In this document: positions 47,492 to 56,407 of the stretch, one piece after another | How positions within the stretch are numbered: position 1 is the stretch's first letter | Layout of the letters: each line of letters starts with the position of its first letter | Source: an uncultured Spirochaetota bacterium | GTDB taxonomy: Bacteria; Spirochaetota; Brevinematia; Brevinematales; JAOACQ01 | Length of the DNA stretch: 64,000 nt | Reading direction: 5' to 3' | Assembly: GCA_963783575.1 (NCBI GenBank) | Contig: CAWAOD010000016.1 | Coordinates: forward strand, 128,001-192,000 | Program-made: the position numbers and the translations under genes | The notes under the pieces: model-generated | What the model saw: only the letters and a program-made list of their open reading frames with translations | Database searches by the model: none | Told to the model about the DNA's origin: nothing

Positions 47492-48137
47492 ATAGCATGT
47501 TATGTGTTGGATAACTGAAAAAATCTCCCCCTTTTAAATCATAAGTATCAACAGGAAGTGATATCTTTTTCAATTCATCTATACTATCCAATATATATTG
47601 TGAATTATCAGGATGTTCATATTTGTAAGCCCTAGTGACAAAACCAGTACATTCAATCCCTGCAATTTGATTAAAGTTCAAACTACCGAAAGTGTCCCAA
47701 TAATATTCCGTTCCCTGGCCGGTCTTACGATCAAATCCACCCGGTACAATTGAATCGTTTTTTATTCTATTTATATACTCATTGGGGCTGTTATAAACAC
47801 CAAAAGCATAAGGCATTATGTTAAACGAGCCTTCGTTTGCATCGCTTTCAAGGTTTTTATTTATTATGATATTGTTATTCGGATCTCTGAAACCCGTATC
47901 ATATTTATATAGGAAAGGTATTTTATCATTTCCCTCATATATTTTATAATAAATCGTCTGGAAATCTTCAGAATCATTATTCGTAATAAAAGTAACCGTA
48001 TCACTGCCAGTTTCCTGCCATGTTGGGATCTGTAAATATGATTCCGCAGTTTGAATTACACTCTGTCTTTCATTTACAACTGAATAACTATAATTAAGAA
48101 TAATAAATGAGGATATAACTAAAATTATTAATTTCAT
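47400..48137 (-). CDS. Giant surface protein, N-terminal segment: signal peptide plus NlpC/P60-like cysteine hydrolase
   Basis: MKLIILVISSFIILNYSYS signal; RQSVIQTAESY, MPYAFG, AGIECTGFVTRAY (Cys), LKGGDFFSYPTHNMLF (His), YEA; GGGGGA RBS. Confidence 0.8.
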   Translation of the reverse strand: MKLIILVISSFIILNYSYSVVNERQSVIQTAESYLQIPTWQETGSDTVTFITNNDSEDFQTIYYKIYEGNDKIPFLYKYDTGFRDPNNNIIINKNLESDANEGSFNIMPYAFGVYNSPNEYINRIKNDSIVPGGFDRKTGQGTEYYWDTFGSLNFNQIAGIECTGFVTRAYKYEHPDNSQYILDSIDELKKISLPVDTYDLKGGDFFSYPTHNMLFGGWQDKEHKYGIIYEAQDGFNSGIFLWRK

Positions 48138-48138
48138 T

Positions 48139-49647
48139 TTAATTTCCCCCTAAATAGACGGGTGTGTAACGATATATCCTCAAGCCTTTGAACAGTCCCG
48201 GGTCTTTTCTATCAATCACATTTGGAAAAGGATACTCATATAACCTTTGATCGCCGGAAATAAAATAATCCGGTCTATATATCGCATAGTTATAATAAAT
48301 ATTTTCTCCATTATTAGAAATAACAGTTATAAATGAATTATTAGCTTCAGAATAAATGTTTATTTTTAATTCCTTTTTCCCCATCTTCCAATTGTTAAGA
48401 ATTCCTTTTGAATAGTTATCATAATTTAAATTTAAATACTCAGAAAATATCCTATTAAAATAATTTGAATTTGTTGTATTCTTTGTATGCTGTATATTAG
48501 TTATAAATTCTCCGTTTGTTGTTAATATGACAAATAAATTCGTTCCATAATAATCTATTAATATATTGTTATTTATGTAGAGATCGCACCAGAAATTATC
48601 TTGAATTGTCATATTTTCTTTTGGCATTCTTACTTTCCATTTTTTTATTGTCTTACCCTCTCCATTATCTGATAAAGGCAGTTCTGCAAAATCTTCAACC
48701 AAAAATACTTTTCCATCGTCATTTTTTAATAAAAAACGGTCTTTTTCTTTCATTTTTAAGATAAAATTTAAATATGCCTGTATCTTTGATTTTTGAGATT
48801 TGACCAGACTTGCCGCAGAATCTAATTCAATTGCTTCTCTCAAATCAAAAGCTCCTGATTGGCTTTGCCAGCCTAATTTACTCAGATCGTCTAAATAATA
48901 TTCGGTTTTTTTATTCACCTTTGTCAATACATTCAATTTGCCCGTTGCCTTGTACACCTTTAATGCTTCATCAGTAGAAAGCCCTTCCTTCGGCAGGGTT
49001 AGCAGTATTGCAAGCTGCCGGGCGGCGTTGTATGTTTTGCTCACCGCTGTGGCGCTTTGAATACCGGGATTGTTGTTGGACAAGGTTTTTGTGTCAATTT
49101 TGATTTGCTCTTTGTCCCGGATAGCAATAGAATCGTCCTCACCGGTATCGATCTGCTCCATCTTTCGGACATAATCCATATTTTTCTTTTCAATATCGTT
49201 CAGGTCTTTAAGTATGTTAAAATTTGTTTTCACCTGGTACCATGAAGCCGCTGAAAGGGTTTTCCTGAGATATTCGGTTTCGAATGCATAGCCATGCCTT
49301 GCGAATATCTCATTTCGCAGGAGTATAAGGTAGGAGAGTTTGATGTTTGTAATCGGCTCTACAATTCCCGCTGGGGCTTTCAAGTCGTCTGTGTTGTAAG
49401 GCCGCCTGCCGCCGTTGTAGTTTTTCCCGGAGAAATAGGCGGCGATTTTAGTATAATAAAGGTTGGTAATGTTATCTTCAGTTTTGAATTCTGATTTTTT
49501 CTCTGTCTCTGCAGACGGCACTTTAGCCGCAGCGGTTTGAGAAGCCGGTTTTTTCTCGGCTTGGGGTTTGACGGCGGCTTTCTGTCCGCATGCTGCAATG
49601 ATGAGAGAAGTCATAGCGATAGCGGTAACTAAAATTGTTAATTTCAT
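48139..49647 (-). CDS. YARHG-domain lipoprotein
   Basis: Lipobox IAAC after ATG 49647 (AAGGA RBS); LLRNEIFARHGYAF..WY..LNDIEKKN YARHG signature; stop is 1 nt before the start of the next gene. Confidence 0.88.
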   Translation of the reverse strand: MKLTILVTAIAMTSLIIAACGQKAAVKPQAEKKPASQTAAAKVPSAETEKKSEFKTEDNITNLYYTKIAAYFSGKNYNGGRRPYNTDDLKAPAGIVEPITNIKLSYLILLRNEIFARHGYAFETEYLRKTLSAASWYQVKTNFNILKDLNDIEKKNMDYVRKMEQIDTGEDDSIAIRDKEQIKIDTKTLSNNNPGIQSATAVSKTYNAARQLAILLTLPKEGLSTDEALKVYKATGKLNVLTKVNKKTEYYLDDLSKLGWQSQSGAFDLREAIELDSAASLVKSQKSKIQAYLNFILKMKEKDRFLLKNDDGKVFLVEDFAELPLSDNGEGKTIKKWKVRMPKENMTIQDNFWCDLYINNNILIDYYGTNLFVILTTNGEFITNIQHTKNTTNSNYFNRIFSEYLNLNYDNYSKGILNNWKMGKKELKINIYSEANNSFITVISNNGENIYYNYAIYRPDYFISGDQRLYEYPFPNVIDRKDPGLFKGLRIYRYTPVYLGGN

Positions 49648-50031
49648 AAAACAATCCTTAAAAATTTTATTTAACAACTGTTAATCTGAAGCAATGAAGT
49701 TAACAATTAGCCTGATTATAAATTTTTTAGATTGCTATTAATTAAGAAAGTTCCCCGTTTATCGCTATATAATAAGTCCCCTGAAAAATTACATTAATGA
49801 ATGAAGTAATAAAATTAAAAGTTTTTTGATGTACTTTTCATATTTAAAATGTTTGAATATACTAATATTTTAAATAATATATTTTAATTTTAAAATAATT
49901 TTTTTGCACTGAAAAGCGAAAGTTTAATATAATTAAACTCAAAATATTACATAACTATTCTATCAAATATTTATTCTATGTTGTACGACTATTTATTAAT
50001 CCGTTGAGAGGAAACAAAATTCTAAGGAAGT

Positions 50032-50061
50032 ATTATAACCGATTTGGCACCAGATTGTCAA
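50032..50061 (-). promoter_or_regulatory. Consensus sigma70 promoter for the giant-protein locus
   Basis: Minus strand TTGACA-18 bp-TATAAT, about 385 bp upstream of the YARHG gene. Confidence 0.6.
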
Positions 50062-50093
50062 TATGTTGTTTATATATTTTATAAATTGATAAA

Positions 50094-50279
50094 GGGCAGT
50101 TCTAAAAACACATTTTTTACCGCCATCGTACTTGGCGAAGTATGGTTACAATTACTGCAAAACATGTCACCCATTCGTCAACAGACTGTGTGAAAACTCG
50201 ACTTTTAGAAGTAATGAAAAATAGTTTTCACACAGCCTGCAAGCTCAGGGTGACTTTTATTGAGTTTTTAAAACTGCCC
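50094..50279. mobile_element. Nested miniature elements (MITE > REP > MITE)
   Basis: Outer TIRs GGGCAGTTCTAAAAAC / GTTTTTAAAACTGCCC flanked by TAAA on both sides. Inside is a REP-like GTCACCC..GCTCAGGGTGAC (50166-50254), itself split by a 58-bp element (50182-50239) with TIRs CAGACTGTGTGAAAACT / AGTTTTCACACAGCCTG flanked by CAA on both sides. Confidence 0.8.
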
Positions 50280-50348
50280 TAAAATTACTTATAATTCAAC
50301 TTATCTCTCTTTTTTGAATTCAAAAAATGTTTACAGTAATTTCTTAAC

Positions 50349-51614
50349 TTATTTCGATTCAAGTTCAACCATTGTTTCAATGTGTACGGTATGCGGGAAC
50401 ATATCAACAGGCTTGAAGGATTTTATTTTGTATGCCTTTTCCGTGAGCAATCTTAATTCGCCGGCTAGTGTTTCAGGAGAACAGGATATATAAATTATTT
50501 TTTCCGGCTTAAGCCTGAGTATTTCCTCTATAACATCTATTCCGCAGCCTGAACGCGGCGGATCCATAATGAATGTCCTGAAAAATCCCTTTTTAATTTC
50601 TTTGAGCGTCTTTTTAACATCGGCGGCTATGAATTCAGTATTTTCGATTTTATTGATTTTTGCGTTTATAACCGCATTTTTTATTGCCTCAATATTATTT
50701 TCAATACCGGTAACTTTTTTAGCCGCCGATGCCGTCAGCAGGGTAAAAAAACCAGAGCCGCAATATAAATCAAGGACATTGCCGGCGTCTTCCCCGGCCG
50801 ATTCTTTAACCATATTCTGAAGGATTCCCGCCTGGGTATAATTTGTCTGAAAGAAACCGTTAACAGGGATATGGAAAATCAGCTCATTTATCTTTTGTTC
50901 CAGATAATCCCTGCCCTCGATTGTATGATAATCTCTATAGCTGGAAACACCTATTCCGGTTACGGATTTGATTTCTTTCATCATTTTAGTCCCGGTCTTC
51001 TTAACTTCAGGATTCATCCTCTTTACAAAAAAACAAACCCCGACACTTCCGTCTTCAGTTCCTCTAAAATGCATCTGCAGGATATCCGGCGGAAAATTCC
51101 AATTTTTTAATTTATCATAAACTTTACTTATACCGGAAATTTCCATGGGACAATTATCAAGAAATATACTTTTACCGGAATTCTCCTGTATAAAAACTAA
51201 TCTGCCGTTATTGTTTATAAGCGACATCTTGTTCCGGTATTTTTCCGGTTTTTCCATCCCGATGATTTCATCCGGCTGAACAGAATTATTAACATAATTT
51301 TTTATCAAACCTCTCAGGGTTTTATTTTTCCATAAAAGCTGTTCGCCGTATTCCATATTAAGCCAGCGGCATCCGCCGCAGCCCCTGTCGAACGAAGCAC
51401 AGCGGGATTTGATCCTTTTATTCGACGGTTTGATTATATTAATCAAATCGGCTTTAATATGACGATTTCCCTGCATTGAGATTTTTACCCGCACAATATC
51501 ACCAGGAACAGTTCCCGGGATGGGAATCATTCTGTCCCTGTATTTTGCGGTTCCAAGTCCCTGATTATTGAGTCCGAAAATTTGTAATTCAGCCGTTTCA
51601 TTTTTCCGCATCAT
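50349..51614 (-). CDS. rlmD: 23S rRNA (uracil-5-)-methyltransferase RlmD/RumA
   Basis: TRAM domain, C-x5-GCGGC Fe-S motif, YRNK, FFQTN, LDLYCGSG, DPPRSG, YISCSPETL, DMFPHTVHIE. Confidence 0.93.
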   Translation of the reverse strand: MMRKNETAELQIFGLNNQGLGTAKYRDRMIPIPGTVPGDIVRVKISMQGNRHIKADLINIIKPSNKRIKSRCASFDRGCGGCRWLNMEYGEQLLWKNKTLRGLIKNYVNNSVQPDEIIGMEKPEKYRNKMSLINNNGRLVFIQENSGKSIFLDNCPMEISGISKVYDKLKNWNFPPDILQMHFRGTEDGSVGVCFFVKRMNPEVKKTGTKMMKEIKSVTGIGVSSYRDYHTIEGRDYLEQKINELIFHIPVNGFFQTNYTQAGILQNMVKESAGEDAGNVLDLYCGSGFFTLLTASAAKKVTGIENNIEAIKNAVINAKINKIENTEFIAADVKKTLKEIKKGFFRTFIMDPPRSGCGIDVIEEILRLKPEKIIYISCSPETLAGELRLLTEKAYKIKSFKPVDMFPHTVHIETMVELESK

Positions 51615-51742
51615 ATTTTCCTACTCATAATTCTAAACATCAATTACCTATTAGTCAAAACTGAATAATGTACTTTTCAATAATTTACTGAAAATTTTTG
51701 ACTGCTTTGCTAGCTATGCATTCAAAGCAAAGTTTGCTCAAT

Positions 51743-51771
51743 TTGACTAAATGCCTTCTTTATATTAGAAT
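51743..51771 (+). promoter_or_regulatory. sigma70 promoter for the riboswitch-led GDT1 gene
   Basis: TTGACT-17 bp-TAGAAT, ending just before the riboswitch P1. Confidence 0.65.
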
Positions 51772-51777
51772 TATAAG

Positions 51778-51870
51778 GTTAAAGGGGAGTAGTTGTTTTA
51801 CAAAGTCAACATACTGGTATTAATTTACCTGGCTTTGCAGACCGTTAAACCGGGAAACGAGACTTTTAAC
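51778..51870 (+). ncRNA. yybP-ykoY (Mn2+-sensing) riboswitch
   Basis: P1 GTTAAAG/CTTTTAAC closes GGGGAGTAG..GTCAACATAC..GGC..CGAGAC; upstream of a UPF0016/TMEM165 gene, a typical target. Confidence 0.85.
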
Positions 51871-51910
51871 ACAGTCGGAAAGGATTGTGTTGCAGGCCTC
51901 GTTTTTTTTT
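51855..51910 (+). terminator. Riboswitch expression-platform terminator
   Basis: AAACGAG..TAACACAGTC-GGAAAG-GATTGTGTTG..CTCG followed by T9; overlaps the 3' P1 strand. Confidence 0.75.
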
Positions 51911-51936
51911 GGAAATATTTTATTCAGGAGCGATTT

Positions 51937-52677
51937 ATGCATACGAATTTATCAGCAATCTTATTTTCGGCGGCCGCTGTTTTTTTAGCGGAAATGGGTG
52001 ATAAAACACAGCTTCTTGCAATGGCTTTTTCTGTAAAATATAAAATTTATAAGGTTATGCTCGGGGTTTTCCTGGCGACAGTTTTAAACCACGGGCTGGC
52101 TGTTGTTTTCGGTAATTTAATTACAAGGTTCGGGCCATTGCATATCTGGGTACAGATAACCGCAGCCGTTTCGTTTATATTTTTCGGGTTATGGACTATC
52201 AAGGGAGATAAACCGGATTCGGAAAACAATAAAAGATATAAGTATGGGGCTGTAATGACTGTATTCCTGGCTTTTTTTATGGCGGAAATGGGGGATAAAA
52301 CCCAGCTGGCTACTATAGCTCTTGCAGCCAGGTTCCCCGAAGCGCCTGTCGGAGTCCTGGCCGGTACAACAACCGGTATGCTTTTCGCCGACGGGATCGG
52401 CATTGTTGCCGGGGTGGTTTTTTGTAAAAAAATACCCGACAAAATAATAAAACTTGTTTCCGCTTTCGTTTTCATCCTTTTTGGCATTGCAGGCAGTTAT
52501 CAAACAATGCATGATAGTTTAAAGTTAAATTTTAATACTATTATTTTAATATTATCTTTAATTTTAATAGCATCAGGTTTTGCAAGCTTTATTATGATTA
52601 AAAAGTACCTTAATCTTAATTCTTATGAATCAATAAACAAAGTTTGCAAAACCGACGAAAGGAAAGAACCCATATAA
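51937..52677 (+). CDS. TMEM165/GDT1 (UPF0016) family Mn2+/Ca2+ transporter
   Basis: Two EMGDKTQL motifs; true start is probably ATG 51937 after CAGGAG. Confidence 0.93.
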   Translation: MHTNLSAILFSAAAVFLAEMGDKTQLLAMAFSVKYKIYKVMLGVFLATVLNHGLAVVFGNLITRFGPLHIWVQITAAVSFIFFGLWTIKGDKPDSENNKRYKYGAVMTVFLAFFMAEMGDKTQLATIALAARFPEAPVGVLAGTTTGMLFADGIGIVAGVVFCKKIPDKIIKLVSAFVFILFGIAGSYQTMHDSLKLNFNTIILILSLILIASGFASFIMIKKYLNLNSYESINKVCKTDERKEPI

Positions 52678-52686
52678 AGAATTCAT

Positions 52687-53451
52687 TTAGAACAAATATG
52701 GTATCAGTGCTTTTCTTGATGGCGGATAATCAGGAAATTCTTTTTTGTACCATTTATGATGGGATAAAGCCCTGGGAGCAAGATTCGCGGCTGTCCATAA
52801 TGCGAAAAGCAGTCCCGGGACCGACCATGTCGCAATCGCCCAGCCTGTCCATTCGGTGATTTCGCCTAGGTAATTCGGGCATGATACCCATTTAAAAAGA
52901 CTGCCTTCCGGTATTTTGTAAATTTCCCCGCCCTTCTTTCTCAATCCCGTTAATATCAAATCGGAATTTATATTAACCGTCATTCCGGAGATAAAAACAA
53001 TCAAGCCGGTTATAAAACGGGGATCGGTTAACCATACGACAGAATAACCCGGAGAAAACCGGAACAAATAGCTGCCGTTCAAATAAGCGTTGACAAGATT
53101 GAATAAAAACCCAAATACCAGGATTAATACAGGAAAACCTTTTTTATCATTTCCCCTCAGGAATGGAAATATAAATGAACGGTTTATATAATGAGCTTCC
53201 CATAATATCAGAAATATAACGGCCATTAAGCTATAAGTCCTGACGCCTGAAAAAAACAGGATAAGCATCAGCAGCGGGGACGGAGTTTCCATGATGATCC
53301 AGGCCGCCCTTGAACCGGTTGAAATTCCCCAGCCCTGCTTTTTATGCCTGCCGTAAGGCGCGGTTACAAAAAATAGCGATATAAAAACCCCTGCCGACAT
53401 AATAAACCAGATGATTTCAAGAACTTTCACAACCTGCCGTTCATTTATCAT
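52687..53451 (-). CDS. 3-oxo-5-alpha-steroid 4-dehydrogenase (steroid 5-alpha-reductase family)
   Basis: APYGRH, AWIIMETPS, HYINRSFIFP, NINSDLIL..LRK, YKIPEG..VSCPNYLGEITEW, NLAPRALSHHKWY, YPPSRKALIP. Confidence 0.9.
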   Translation of the reverse strand: MINERQVVKVLEIIWFIMSAGVFISLFFVTAPYGRHKKQGWGISTGSRAAWIIMETPSPLLMLILFFSGVRTYSLMAVIFLILWEAHYINRSFIFPFLRGNDKKGFPVLILVFGFLFNLVNAYLNGSYLFRFSPGYSVVWLTDPRFITGLIVFISGMTVNINSDLILTGLRKKGGEIYKIPEGSLFKWVSCPNYLGEITEWTGWAIATWSVPGLLFALWTAANLAPRALSHHKWYKKEFPDYPPSRKALIPYLF

Positions 53452-54391
53452 AATAATTGTCTCTCCCTGAACCATTCGATTGTATCTTTAATAGTGTTTT
53501 CCAGAGGGCGGGGATTATACCCGACTCATTTACGGCCTTCCGGATTGAAATATTACGGTGATGCCTCAAGGCAAATAATGAAGAGCTTGTAAACAGAGGG
53601 TTGTCTCCCCTTACCTCCGCTATAATGCTTGAAAACGGCGCGGCGATTCTTGCCAATGCCATAGGAACGGCGAATTTACTGCGGCTCCTGCCTGAAACAG
53701 TACCCAATATCTCTGCCAATTCTTTAATAGTTGCCCATCTTCCTCCAAGGATATAACGCCCGCCCTTTCTGCCGGATTTTTCCGCAGAAACGGCTCCGAT
53801 AGCTACATCGCGGACATCAACCCAGTTGAATCCGCCGTTGACAAGCGCGATTAATTTGTTCCGGTATAATTCAATCAGCATCCTTCCCATCAATGAAGGT
53901 TTAAAATCGTATGGGCCGATTATGCCTGTCGGAGTAATAATAACAGCATCCAATCCTTCGGCGGCCGCTTTAAGAACAAGCCTTTCCCCTTCGGCCTTAC
54001 TCCAATCATATTTCAATCCCTGGTTTTTTGCTATCAGCGGATTTGTTTCATCGACTAAAGTACCATGCCCAGCATCCAATAACGCATGAATCGTGCTGAA
54101 ATGCATAAGCCGACTCACATTGCAGCTGATGCAGGCTTCAATTACGTTAGCCGTACCTTTTATATTGATCTCGGGAAGATATCTGTCACACCTCTTCGAT
54201 ATGGAAATCATTGCTGCTAGGTGATAAACCGTTTGAGCACCCCGGAAAGCCTTTTTAAGAGAATCAACATCCAGGCCTTCGATGGAACGCGAATCCTCGC
54301 GGATCACAGCGCGTATATCGTTACCCTGTCTCAGGAGTTCACGGATTAAACTAGCTCCCAGATGGCCTGATGCGCCTGTTATTACCGTCAT
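53448..54391 (-). CDS. NAD-dependent epimerase/dehydratase (3-beta-HSD/DFR-like extended SDR), frameshifted near the 3' end
   Basis: ITGASGHLG, YHLAA, YDWSK catalytic motif, VDVRDVA. Adding one base near 53524 gives the family-typical ELGYNPRPLENTIKDTIEWF..LL* with an ATGA overlap onto the next gene. Confidence 0.85.
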
Positions 54392-54432
54392 AGAAAAACC
54401 ATTCCCGGTTGATAATTATTTGGAGTCAAGTA

Positions 54433-55922
54433 TCAAGCTTGTAAAAAATCATCCTTCGTCTGATTAAATACATCTTTTCCGCAAAGAAGACCGGCAGTAA
54501 CCGGGGCAGCTTTTTTCACAATTGTAACCAGTTTTTCTGAAATGTTACGGATATCCCATTGGGCATGTGTATCCATTCTAAGCCTGGAAATATGATAAAT
54601 TTCCCTTAAGTTCGCCCCGATCAGAATCCTTCGCCTGTGGGCATTTGTTAAAATATATTCCGCGCCGTCTTTATGATTTTCACATAGTTGTTTATATATC
54701 CTTTCAGTATCATTCATAATACCGTTAAACAATTCCTGCTGCCCGGTCTCGATTATAGAAGGCGGAACCGTAAATCCCAGGGAAATATCATAATTCTGCC
54801 TGATTAAAGTCATCATCCTGTGCCTTTTGATCTGGGCAAAAGCGCTTGAACTTACAACCGCTTCAAACATAAAACCGGCAGTCTCAAATTCCCTGAAAAG
54901 AGAATCATGCTCGCTCAGGTCTTTTAACAGCGCCTGCAAGAACTTTTTTTGCCCCTTTTTTTCATGCTTTTCGCTTTTGAGAAACATACGCTGTAAGGCT
55001 TATCCGACACGGAATGAAGCAGCGCGGCTATAATCGCCGCATCCGGGTCAGCGGTATGATACAGCAGTTTTATGCCGGATGCTTCATCTTTACTTCCCAT
55101 ATTCAGAACCTCTCCGGCCAGTTCCCTGAGATATTTCCTTCCCGCGGTAAGAATGCCGTCGGAAACATCGAACCCGAACTGCTTTTTGAAAGCCTCCGGG
55201 TCGGAAAGAATTATTAGAGAAGGGACAACTGTCTTTGCATTTTCATATAATTTATGGCCAAGCTCCTGAACTTCCGGCAGGGGGTGATATTTAAACTTCC
55301 GGATCAGGGTTTCAATATTCCTGGCGTTTGCCGAAAACCCAAGCTGGCATTCCATTGCCATAGGCAGGACATACCGGGCATCTTCCTTAGCCCATCCCTC
55401 AATAGTATTGAGGCCGGTTTTTGAATCCAGCATATCTCTGTGTATAGTCGTCTGGTATTCAAATAGGATGGGAAATAGGCTTTTATAAGCTTGAACCTGT
55501 TTATCAACCATTGAGGCAAAAATGCTTTTTTCATTTTCATCAAATTCAGAAGGGGAAACATAATCACCTTCAAGCGTAATATAACGTTGGGATTTTTCCG
55601 TATACGAGCACAGGCGCGCTTCTTCAAGGGCTTCTGCGGCAAGCCTGGATAATCCCAGAATATCGAAATTGAGCATCGCGTGCTCCGCTACCGAGTGGTG
55701 GCCCATCTTGAAAACAATATTTTCATTTGATTTCCTGGCTTTATCGACCTCATCCCTTGAATCCGCCCGCAGTTCGTTAACAGACCTTGGATCCCTGCTT
55801 ATCCGGGCATATGCCGCAGATATAGTCTCGGGAGTAATATTGTTTTTCCTATCCCAACCCCGGGTTTTCAATTTTTCAATCACTTCCGTATCGACATTAT
55901 ACCCCGCCAGTTTAACTTCCAT
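54433..55922 (-). CDS. thyX: Two-domain FAD-dependent thymidylate synthase (ThyX family), split by a homopolymer frameshift near 54955
   Basis: AAYARISR, GHHSVAEHA, SYTEKSQRY, KEDARYVLP in the first ORF; QIKRHR, YILTNAHRR, HAQWDIR in the second. The junction is an A7-G4-C-A7 run; one extra A joins the frames (496 aa). Confidence 0.87.
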
Positions 55923-56105
55923 TGTCACCTCTGACGCTAATTAAGTTTTTCTTCAATTTTGATACAAAATTTTATCGGCGGGCTTGAAAATATGCAAAAT
56001 TTTTGATTATTCATTTGGAAACCGCACTTATTTGCCCATCTGTAAATTATTAGCTATACTTGATATGAAAGCAAATTTATACTCCGGCCTAAAAAGGAGG
56101 ATTTT

Positions 56106-56309
56106 ATGATTATTAGCGGTACCCAGCCAGTTTATGATGTTACCGATGTACAGAATAAAAAAGAAGCGGTTAAAGACGAAGAGGCCAGAAAAGCGGAGGA
56201 AACATCCGCAAGAATTAAAAATGAGAACAGGGAAGAAGTTCAACAGAAAAAGCCAGCACCTCTGCCTCAAGAGGAAAAAAAGGGAAAAAACATCGATGTA
56301 ACGGCATAA
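56106..56309 (+). CDS. Small charged hypothetical protein
   Basis: AGGAGG RBS; 67 aa ending GKNIDVTA, a tail pattern also seen in YjfB-like proteins. Confidence 0.7.
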   Translation: MIISGTQPVYDVTDVQNKKEAVKDEEARKAEETSARIKNENREEVQQKKPAPLPQEEKKGKNIDVTA

Positions 56310-56407
56310 TCCTGTCTGAAAATAATTTTTCCGTAACATTAAAAACTCAACATAATTATGATAAAATTATATTGAACAAAATATACAATCATGATATAAT
56401 TATCAAT

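Noticed and set aside
23062..48137. Diversity-generating retroelement target, or RTX/Rhs/CdiA toxin
   Set aside because: No reverse transcriptase or adenine-specific TR/VR pair, and no GGxGxD, YD-repeat or haemagglutinin signatures seen. The 738-bp repeat differences are not adenine-restricted.
50045..50060. sigma54 promoter (TGGCAC...)
   Set aside because: The -12 element reads TC rather than the required GC.
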